Assembly: GCA_027486675.1 (NCBI GenBank)
Contig: JAIXOQ010000006.1
Span: 9,125 to 73,124, forward strand
From: Pseudomonadota bacterium
GTDB lineage: Bacteria > Bdellovibrionota > UBA1018 > CAIMNF01
Length of the DNA: 64,000 nucleotides
Reading direction: 5' to 3'
Shown piece by piece: positions 56,975 through 64,000 of this stretch. Position numbers and translations under genes: made by a program. Position 1 is the first letter of the stretch. Each line of letters begins with the position of its first letter. Under the pieces are notes generated by a model. The model was not told the origin of the DNA and did no database searches. It saw only the letters and a list, made by a program, of their open reading frames with translations.

Positions 56975-58345
56975 CTAAACCCGGCTATAGTCGTCTTGGT
57001 AGCGAGTAATGTCGTCTTCTCCAAAATAGGTGCCGACCTGCACCTCAACGAATTCAACTGTTTCTGTCGGGGAGGGATTTCTGATCCGATGTTTTGCGCC
57101 CACCGGAATATACACGTTTTCTCCGGGGCTTAATTTCAGGATCTGATCGTTCAAGACGACCTCCGGATGCCCTTGGATGATCACCCAGTGTTCAGCTCGT
57201 TTTTTATGGCTTTGATACGACAGCTGCTGACCTGGCAATACATGAATCACTTTTGATTTGAATGATTCTGTATCGCGCAAGATTTCGAAACTTCCCCAAG
57301 GTCTGATTTCAAATGTGCGTTGATCGAGTGTGTTGTTCTTTGTTTTCTTTAAAGTCGCAACCAGTTCTTTCGTTGCCTGTGATTCGCCTTTTTTTGCGAT
57401 CAAAATTGCATCCTCCGTATCGACCACGATGAGATCTGATACGCCCACCATGCCGATCGTCTTTGCTCGAGTTGAGAATGCAAAGTTATTTTCGGCGCGC
57501 ACAGCCGTGATTGCAGAGCTAGGGATGGATTCTGCGATTTCATCCCAAGAACCCATGTCACTCCAGCCGCAGGCGCAGGGCACACATGCTTGTTTTTTTT
57601 CCCGTTCCATCACTGCGTAGTCGATGCTGATTTCGGGCGCGGATTTGTAGATTTCAGCAAGGTTATCTAAAGACGGACTAAGTGCTGCAAAAGCCTTCAT
57701 GACTTCGGGCGCATGCGTGGTGAGCGCCTTTTCCATAGCGTCGATGCGAAATACGAACATCCCAGCATTCCAAAAGAAGTGGCCAGAGTTGACAAATTCT
57801 TCTGCTGTAAGGACATCTGGTTTTTCACGGAAACGAACGGATGCACGTGCTCCGGTTGATCCAATGGCATCGCCGACTTCGATGTATCCGTAACCTGTTG
57901 CCGCAAATGTGGGTTCAATTCCAAGAGTGCAGATGTAGCCTTCGGCTGCAGCCTTCGCGGCTGCTTTCACTGCATCTTGAAATACTCCCGGCTTAGTGAC
58001 GCGGTGGTCGGCCGGGAAAACTCCGACAATCGTATCCCCAGTGTGGTCCTTCTTTAAGCGGTGCAACAAGAGCGCGATCGCAGGTGCTGTGTTGCGGGGG
58101 CCCGGTTCGTAGATAGCCGCTTTAGGGTCAAGTTTAAGATCCTTAAGCGTTCTTTCAGTCAGAACGCGCAGGGCCTCAGTGGTTAACACAATAGGTTGTC
58201 CCAGAGGGAGGACACGCTTTAAGGTTTGAGCCAGCAGATTTTCGTCGAAGAGCTCGCAAAATTGCTTAGGAAACTGCGTGCGAGAGATGGGCCAAAGGCG
58301 GGTGCCGGATCCACCGGAAAGGACGACTGGAATAAGTGTGTTCAC
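56975..58345 (-). CDS. manC: mannose-1-phosphate guanylyltransferase / mannose-6-phosphate isomerase (bifunctional ManC family)
   Basis: LSGGSGTRLWP NTP-transferase motif; C-terminal cupin (PGENVYIPVGAKHRIRN). Confidence 0.85.
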   Translation of the reverse strand: MNTLIPVVLSGGSGTRLWPISRTQFPKQFCELFDENLLAQTLKRVLPLGQPIVLTTEALRVLTERTLKDLKLDPKAAIYEPGPRNTAPAIALLLHRLKKDHTGDTIVGVFPADHRVTKPGVFQDAVKAAAKAAAEGYICTLGIEPTFAATGYGYIEVGDAIGSTGARASVRFREKPDVLTAEEFVNSGHFFWNAGMFVFRIDAMEKALTTHAPEVMKAFAALSPSLDNLAEIYKSAPEISIDYAVMEREKKQACVPCACGWSDMGSWDEIAESIPSSAITAVRAENNFAFSTRAKTIGMVGVSDLIVVDTEDAILIAKKGESQATKELVATLKKTKNNTLDQRTFEIRPWGSFEILRDTESFKSKVIHVLPGQQLSYQSHKKRAEHWVIIQGHPEVVLNDQILKLSPGENVYIPVGAKHRIRNPSPTETVEFVEVQVGTYFGEDDITRYQDDYSRV

Positions 58346-58414
58346 AGTATGGAAGACTAACGAAAGTCAGCCCTTGATTCAAATCTATACATTTATGTAT
58401 CCTTTGAGATCTCC

Positions 58415-58978
58415 ATGGAAACATCAGCCGTTTACGTCAGTCTTGAGTTCACCCCCAACCCAAATACCTTAAAATACTCCGTGAATCGGAAGCTTTTAGA
58501 CCAAGGGGCTGCGAATTTCACGTCTTTGGAAGCGACTAAGGACAAGAGTCCTTTAGCGGAAAAATTGTTATCGGTTGATGGAATTTCGGCCGTGATGATC
58601 GGGCGCGACTTCGTGACGATCACGAAATCCGAAGCCGGAGACTGGGATCATGTGCATAAAAGTGCAGCAAGCACGATTGAAACGCATCTGACAGAAGGCG
58701 GCGCAGTCCTGATCGGTGAGGCCTTAAATCGTGCAGCAGCAGTGGGCAGCACTGATGTTGAAAAGCGCATTCAAGCGATTTTGGATTCTGATATCCGTCC
58801 AGCCGTTGCCCAAGATGGCGGAGATGTCACGATGGATCGCTATGAAGACGGGATTGTGTATCTGTTTATGCAAGGCGCATGTGCCGGCTGCCCAAGCTCT
58901 GCTATGACGCTCAAGATGGGCATTGAAACGAAGCTGAAAGAAGCGATTCCAGAGATCATTGAAGTCGTGAGTGTTTAG
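58415..58978 (+). CDS. Nfu/NifU-type Fe-S cluster assembly protein (Nfu_N plus NifU C-terminal domain)
   Basis: C-terminal MQGACAGCPSS CxxC motif; N-terminal LEFTPNPNTLKY (Nfu_N). Confidence 0.8.
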   Translation: METSAVYVSLEFTPNPNTLKYSVNRKLLDQGAANFTSLEATKDKSPLAEKLLSVDGISAVMIGRDFVTITKSEAGDWDHVHKSAASTIETHLTEGGAVLIGEALNRAAAVGSTDVEKRIQAILDSDIRPAVAQDGGDVTMDRYEDGIVYLFMQGACAGCPSSAMTLKMGIETKLKEAIPEIIEVVSV

Positions 58979-59273
58979 GGGGTTGCGCGTGGTGAAGTGC
59001 CGCCAAGCGAGTTGGTTGCATTGTTGACAGCATTGATAAGTCGGCTGTAGTTAAGTCCATCGGAAAGATGAGACCTAAGAGATGAATTTAAAAGCGATTA
59101 CTTTCTTGTTTTCTGTTCTTGCGACGTCGAGTTTAAGCGCTTCGGCCGCGCCAGGGCAGATGTTCTTGCGTGAGTATTATAGTGGCAAGATCTTTTATGA
59201 GCCAATCGCATCCGCTCAGTTTGATCCGAGCGGTTATGGTTGATTATTAGTCGTTCGATCTGAAAGTGGTTTT

Positions 59274-59642
59274 GTGGCGAGCGACCTCTATAAGAGTGAA
59301 ACAAATGGGTATCGTGACGTTAATTCTATAAACAGTGGGGGTTCGGTTGACATCTCGGCATGCGCTTACCCAGATGATGTTCACCCTGAAAATGTGCTGA
59401 ACCTTTTGTCTTACGGAAAACTGAAAGTGATCCCAGGGGATAAAAAATATCAGGTGCTGAAGCTTAAGTCTGACAAGTGCGGAATCGGTGAGCTCAAGCT
59501 CAGGGCGGGCCTTTCCAAGACAGAGCTGAAGAACGCGGTTCTGCAGCCGTTTTTTGGCCAAAACATGATAGATCTACCCGATCAGTTTTTCAGGGTAGTA
59601 CCAGCCGACGAATCCACCTGGGGCGCGCAGGTCTGGAAATGA
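59274..59642 (+). CDS. hypothetical protein (GTG start)
   Basis: ORF track only; a 54-codon signal-peptide ORF (ATG at about 59082) lies just upstream in another frame. Confidence 0.3.
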   Translation: MASDLYKSETNGYRDVNSINSGGSVDISACAYPDDVHPENVLNLLSYGKLKVIPGDKKYQVLKLKSDKCGIGELKLRAGLSKTELKNAVLQPFFGQNMIDLPDQFFRVVPADESTWGAQVWK

Positions 59643-59909
59643 AGAGAAATTTAGAGTGGTATGAAAAAGCCACGGTTGTAGAAGTTCCAAGAGCGGTCGC
59701 ACGGGAGTTTTGATTTTCGCGACTTCATGCTTGACGCTTCAGCGGCGACTCACATTTTTAAGTTCGACTTGGAAGAATCGGGTTTCTTTTAGACGAACCA
59801 GGACGGCTGCACGAAAGTTTCGTTCGCTGAAGTCAGGAGTTTTTTCGTCTTGGCTCATTCGAGGTGATCCTAAGCCGTTTTAGAGAGCAAAAATCATGGG
59901 GTTACACTT

Positions 59910-60926
59910 ATGGGTGCCATGAACAAAAGTGAATTTAGAAAACTGTCTGACTTAGAACTCTTAAATCTAACAAGCAAAGCCGCAAAGAATGAGAAGGCCG
60001 CAACACTGGTACTGCTGGAACATTTGTTAGAAGTAGATCTGCGCCGAGCGTTTGCGGCAGATGCATATTCTAGTCTCTTTGATTATATCGTGCGGGGACT
60101 GAAGTATTTTGAAAGCCAAGCCGCAGAACGGGTATCAGCTGTGCGCCTTATACGCGAAACACCTGCGGTGAAAATCCACATTGAAGCAGGTGCGCTGACG
60201 CTGACCTCTGCCGCGATGATCCAGCGCCACATCCGGGCTGAGAAGAGTTTGAGTACAGGATCAAAAGAAAAAGTCACAGAAGAAGCAAAGACAGCACTAA
60301 TCACAGAGTGTCTTGGACTATCCAAGCGGGAAGTAGAAAAGATTCTTTTTTCACATGCATCAGCGCCCGTACAGCTGGCATCACAAGAACGCGTTCGTCA
60401 GGTCACGGAAACGCATACTGAAATCAAAGTTCTGATCGATGAAGAGACCAGGGAACTCCTGAGGCGTGCGAAGGAACTGTCCCAGGCCAGCACTACGGCG
60501 GATCTCTTCAAGCAAACTCTGAAGGCTTTCATCGAAAAACGCGAAAGACAGATGGGAAAGGTTCAATCGACTGAAGTAAAGCATCATGAAAATCTGGCGC
60601 AACTTTCGACCCCGACTCCGCCGGAAGTGCAACCCACCAAGTCAAATAATCCCTACAGTCGATATATCCCCACACAATTCAAGCGCGCTATTTATACACG
60701 CTCAAACGGCCAGTGCGAATACCGGGCTCCGCACACAGGTGTGCGCTGTCGATCCAAGGCGCACTTGCAAGTGGATCATGTCATCCCTCTTGCGGTCGGT
60801 GGCAAAACTGAACTGAAAAATCTCCGCCACTTGTGTGTGGCGCACAATCAAAAGGCCGCGCGCGACGCAGGGATATCGCATAACCTCTTCGGTCGATCTT
60901 TGGATTTCAAAAGGATTCAGAGATAA
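59910..60926 (+). CDS. HNH endonuclease domain protein with a DUF222-like N-terminal region; paralog of 14615..15697
   Basis: C-terminal CEYRAPHTGVRCRSKAHLQVDHVIPLAVGGKTELKNLRHLCVAHN; the N-terminus aligns with the other copy (LSDLELL...SLFDY...). Confidence 0.75.
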   Translation: MGAMNKSEFRKLSDLELLNLTSKAAKNEKAATLVLLEHLLEVDLRRAFAADAYSSLFDYIVRGLKYFESQAAERVSAVRLIRETPAVKIHIEAGALTLTSAAMIQRHIRAEKSLSTGSKEKVTEEAKTALITECLGLSKREVEKILFSHASAPVQLASQERVRQVTETHTEIKVLIDEETRELLRRAKELSQASTTADLFKQTLKAFIEKRERQMGKVQSTEVKHHENLAQLSTPTPPEVQPTKSNNPYSRYIPTQFKRAIYTRSNGQCEYRAPHTGVRCRSKAHLQVDHVIPLAVGGKTELKNLRHLCVAHNQKAARDAGISHNLFGRSLDFKRIQR

Positions 60927-60947
60927 GATTAAGTTGAGGAGTCCAAA

Positions 60948-61478
60948 GTGAAAGAAGCTTTAAAAATTTTCCTGATCCTCGGTCTCACCGCCTGCGCGAG
61001 CCCTTCTCAGCTTTCGTTCAAGAATATTGCTTTCCCAGACATTGAAAACCTTGAGCCGGGAAGATCCACAAAAGATCAGGTGCTCACAATTTTCGGAAAA
61101 CCGAATCAAACGCGACCTCGCTCCGCTACCCAGGAGGCATGGATATACGACGCAGTTCTTAGTAACGGTGCGATAGGCCAGAAGGCTTCATTTTCTTTTG
61201 ATGGTGATATTTTGGTTGGAGCGCTTTGGATGCCGTACGAGTCAGACTCTCTTGAAAATGCACAAGCCGTTAAAGATCATTTTAAAGGCGCAAAGTTCAC
61301 CCGCAAAGTTAAGGGTTGGGACAAGAAGGGTCATTCTTACTCGGATCATGTTAATTATTATGATCCAGAGGGCGGAATTCTGTTCACAACGATGAGCGGA
61401 GATCGAGTCGTGAGTGCGATTGGCTTCAACCTACCTGATGCCAAGCGCGACATTTCTGCTGAGACGTCCAAGAAATAG
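60948..61478 (+). CDS. hypothetical lipoprotein
   Basis: lipobox ILGLTACAS; 176 aa. Confidence 0.5.
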   Translation: MKEALKIFLILGLTACASPSQLSFKNIAFPDIENLEPGRSTKDQVLTIFGKPNQTRPRSATQEAWIYDAVLSNGAIGQKASFSFDGDILVGALWMPYESDSLENAQAVKDHFKGAKFTRKVKGWDKKGHSYSDHVNYYDPEGGILFTTMSGDRVVSAIGFNLPDAKRDISAETSKK

Positions 61479-61606
61479 TACCCTTCACACAATCGAAAAG
61501 CCGCGACCACAGCATGCCTTTCATCCTTCCCACCGCTCCCACCGGAATAACCCAGTTTGACGCCTGAGATGCCACGGGGGCGGACTCACTCAGATCTGAT
61601 GTAGGG

Positions 61607-61681
61607 CAAGGGGGAGTATGATCAGGTTTTATGAACCCTAAGTTCTGACGGGTGAATAAAACCTGATCATACTCCCCCTTG
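61607..61681. repeat. large perfect hairpin: 26-bp inverted repeat (CAAGGGGGAGTATGATCAGGTTTTAT / ATAAAACCTGATCATACTCCCCCTTG) with a 23-nt loop, intergenic
   Basis: read directly; the arms are exact reverse complements; no T-run follows, so it is not a canonical terminator. Confidence 0.6.
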
Positions 61682-61838
61682 GCCTTAGGCAGGCAAATTG
61701 CAGGCCGCCCAAGGACCGCGTCAAATTAAAGTTATTTCGCAATCTCCCGATAGGATTCTTGAGGGACCATGCTGGTCCCCAAACTTTATAAACTCAACAA
61801 GACCCAGGGAACAGGGTGAGAGCTAGAGGGAGTCTCAC

Positions 61839-62429
61839 ATGTTTCGTTTTCGTGGATTGCTGAGCCTGTTTGCCATGACCGCCATGATTGCCGTGTCGGT
61901 TTCAGTATTTGCAGCCCCTAAGGATAACTTTGACCGCCTAGATGGCTTCGGACCGAGCAAAGCGAAAGTCGATGTCATCGAGTGGGAAGACAATCTTGAG
62001 ATTCATGCCGAACCCATGGGAAAGCTGCTTGGCCTTGGTGCCAAGATCGATGATCGCACTCCTGGTAAAAAGATTTTAGTCATAGGCTTCAGAATGCAAG
62101 GTGAGCCGAGCGTATTTGTGCGTCGAGCAGATCTTGCGATCCCGCTTTATAGCGGATTCAAATTATTTAAGAACCCTGCAGCCAAGGGCTATGAAAAATG
62201 GGCCTTCTCAAACCAAGACCTTAAGGCTCCGTGGGTTGCTGTGAAAATGGATAAAGCCCCAGCCGACTGGTACCCAGAAGGGCATGAGGGCAACCAAGGA
62301 TCGCCGCTTGTCAGTGCCGATGAACCTGCTCAGCCAGAAAAGCGTTTGCCAGCCGCAGTCAGTGGTGAAGAGCCAGTGCGTCCAGCGAATGCCCCTGAAG
62401 AAGGTCAGATCAAACCTTACACCTGGTAA
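61839..62429 (+). CDS. hypothetical secreted protein
   Basis: signal peptide MFRFRGLLSLFAMTAMIAVSVSVFA; 196 aa. Confidence 0.5.
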   Translation: MFRFRGLLSLFAMTAMIAVSVSVFAAPKDNFDRLDGFGPSKAKVDVIEWEDNLEIHAEPMGKLLGLGAKIDDRTPGKKILVIGFRMQGEPSVFVRRADLAIPLYSGFKLFKNPAAKGYEKWAFSNQDLKAPWVAVKMDKAPADWYPEGHEGNQGSPLVSADEPAQPEKRLPAAVSGEEPVRPANAPEEGQIKPYTW

Positions 62430-62465
62430 CAAGCAACGACGAATCGTGAGTTTTGAGCGGGAAAT

Positions 62466-62505
62466 AAAAAACCCCGTTCAACTGGAGAGCTGAACGGGGT
62501 TTTTG
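62466..62505. terminator. bidirectional Rho-independent terminator between convergent genes
   Basis: A6 run, then stem CCCCGTTCA/TGAACGGGG with a 10-nt loop, then T5. Confidence 0.65.
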
Positions 62506-62543
62506 ATGCTTGGTCTAGCGCAGATTTTTCTACGCCTTTCCTA

Positions 62544-63983
62544 TCATTGGGTTTTCTTTTCTTTGTGCAGCAACTTGTACCACCACTTATCTTTTTTCTT
62601 CGCTGCCTTCGCATCAGCCTGTTCGACTCCAGCCTTGACGCCATCGTTCAGCAAGCGATTGAGGAAGCGCAACATATTGAGGTTTGGATCAAAGATCTGA
62701 ATATTGCTTGGATCTAAGGCCGTAGCGTAAAGCTGATAGTCAGGATCAAACACTAGCTCATCTGTTTTTAAAGGATCAAACAATTTGAAGCTATCGCGCG
62801 CTAAGAATCGATCCATGAATTCTTCACCCGAGTAACTGTTTTCTCGGTCCATCGTTCGAGGCACAAACTTAAACACACAGGCTTTGAGTTTACGTTCAGC
62901 TTTCTCATCGTCATTCGCTTGGTTGACCTCAAGATCAACGCGTAGAACTCCGCGCATGCGATAAAAAGGGCCTTCAGTTTCGCCCTGCTTTTCTGTCGTA
63001 TCGATCCGAATCATCCAAGCAGTACCAGAAACGTTGTGCGAGTTTATAAGATGCCACTTTTCGGTTTCATCTTCACCACCTGGAACGGGGGGCGTCACCG
63101 AATAGCCACTCATACTCTTACAATCGGGCAGGGCTAAAGCCTTTTCAAACTCAGCATCAGCGCTTGCTCTCGTTAATCTGCTCACGGACAAGCTTGAGGC
63201 GGCGGAATGAGGTACAGTTTGAACGTAGGTGCCCACGTAGGTCTCAGCTTCCGATTCCGGTAGAGGCCAATACTTGGCGTCGAGCGGATCCGTGACTGTA
63301 CCGACGACTGCGCCATTCAAGCGCTTCTTCTCTTGGTCCGGGCGAGCTTTGTGTTCCCGTACTTCTGCAACGTGCCCGCGAAAGAAAACGCTATCATCGA
63401 TCAATCGCAACCAACCATTGCCAGCGTTGGTGAGATAAACGCCGTAGTCTGCGATGGTTTGGGTCTTCTGGTCTAGTCTTGATGGATCCGGCAGTTTGAA
63501 TCTTGTGCGTCCATAGAAAGCGCTATTGAAACTGGTCACCGAATATCGCTGCTCACGCATTAAATCATCGGGAACGAAATTAACAACGCACGCTTTGCCT
63601 CCCGTTTCATCGCTGAGCTTTAGGGCTACACGGACGACAAACATCCCAGCATCCTCGGCAGGCTTGCCATCGAAGGACTCCAGCTGACTTGGTAGGATAG
63701 CTACTGCCCATGTGAATCGTTTTGACTTTAAGAAATCTTCATCAGACCACAGTGGGGTTCCAGACTTAGGACATTCTGTTCCCTGAGTGAAATTTTCAAA
63801 CTCCTGGCTCACGAGCTTCCCTAACGGAGGTGCGTCCTCGTCCGCTTCCTCTTCCTCGTCGGTCACCTCTAAGGTCGGAAACACACGCTTCAGCGATGAG
63901 CTGAGCTTAAATCGCATATTTTTGCCCGATTTGGCCGCCTGCGACGGCAAATGCGACGGTACGTCTTGGATATAAAAACCCAC
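62544..63983 (-). CDS. hypothetical protein with an internal tandem domain duplication
   Basis: two similar segments (CVVNFVPDDLMREQRYSVTSFNSAFYGRTRFKLPDPSRLD... and CVFKFVPRTMDRENSYSGEEFMDRFLARDSFKLFDPLKTD...); acidic N-terminus and Lys-rich C-terminus; 479 aa. Confidence 0.5.
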   Translation of the reverse strand: MGFYIQDVPSHLPSQAAKSGKNMRFKLSSSLKRVFPTLEVTDEEEEADEDAPPLGKLVSQEFENFTQGTECPKSGTPLWSDEDFLKSKRFTWAVAILPSQLESFDGKPAEDAGMFVVRVALKLSDETGGKACVVNFVPDDLMREQRYSVTSFNSAFYGRTRFKLPDPSRLDQKTQTIADYGVYLTNAGNGWLRLIDDSVFFRGHVAEVREHKARPDQEKKRLNGAVVGTVTDPLDAKYWPLPESEAETYVGTYVQTVPHSAASSLSVSRLTRASADAEFEKALALPDCKSMSGYSVTPPVPGGEDETEKWHLINSHNVSGTAWMIRIDTTEKQGETEGPFYRMRGVLRVDLEVNQANDDEKAERKLKACVFKFVPRTMDRENSYSGEEFMDRFLARDSFKLFDPLKTDELVFDPDYQLYATALDPSNIQIFDPNLNMLRFLNRLLNDGVKAGVEQADAKAAKKKDKWWYKLLHKEKKTQ

Positions 63984-64000
63984 TAAACTCTCGGGGGACT

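Noticed and set aside
1-64000. tRNA, rRNA, tmRNA or RNase P RNA genes
   Set aside because: No T-loop GTTCGAATC-type or other hallmark sequences were spotted by eye in intergenic regions. Their absence cannot be proven without tRNAscan or Infernal.

Overview
This 64-kb chromosomal window from a Gram-negative bacterium is mostly housekeeping genes, with three type IV pilus (T4P) loci and a few accessory insertions. Its gene content (complete T4P machinery, several sigma-54 activators, TamB with an Omp85 protein, many secreted lipoproteins, about 50% GC) suggests a Bdellovibrio-like or deltaproteobacterial-type organism, but the taxon cannot be fixed from sequence alone.

Main content:
- **T4P loci:** pilB-pilT-pilC followed by a receiver-less sigma-54 activator; pilA on the opposite strand; pilD, a hypothetical gene, then pilM-N-O-P-Q and a TPR protein.
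- **Housekeeping genes:** ribF, efp, accB, accC, tamB with an Omp85 gene, rplM-rpsI, a PpiC-type PPIase, a P5C-dehydrogenase-like ALDH, a purine nucleoside phosphorylase, an aminotransferase, an MFS transporter, thiolase, transaldolase, lysS, ugd with a UDP-xylose synthase, manC and an Nfu-type protein. A CHASE2 histidine kinase with an NtrC-type regulator completes the set.
- **Accessory or unusual content:**
  - A roughly 2.6-kb islet (8896-11560) sits between the pilC-linked activator and pilA. It carries an AbiEii-like nucleotidyltransferase, a 195-aa partner protein and a class-II Fic protein, bracketed by GTGGCCGGCCAC palindromes. I consider this the best candidate for an undescribed toxin or defence module in the window.
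  - Three paralogous AAA+ ATPases carry a C-terminal PD-(D/E)XK-like domain (DUF4143/COG1373 type).
  - Two divergent paralogs combine a DUF222-like N-terminal region with an HNH endonuclease domain.
  - One IS481-like insertion sequence sits upstream of the two-component operon and overlaps the 3' end of a neighbouring gene.
  - A small Cys/His-rich secreted protein follows the thiolase gene.
  - Several long perfect palindromes are present.

No rRNA, tRNA or CRISPR array was recognisable by eye.

All functional calls rest on reading motifs in the supplied translations; no database search was run.
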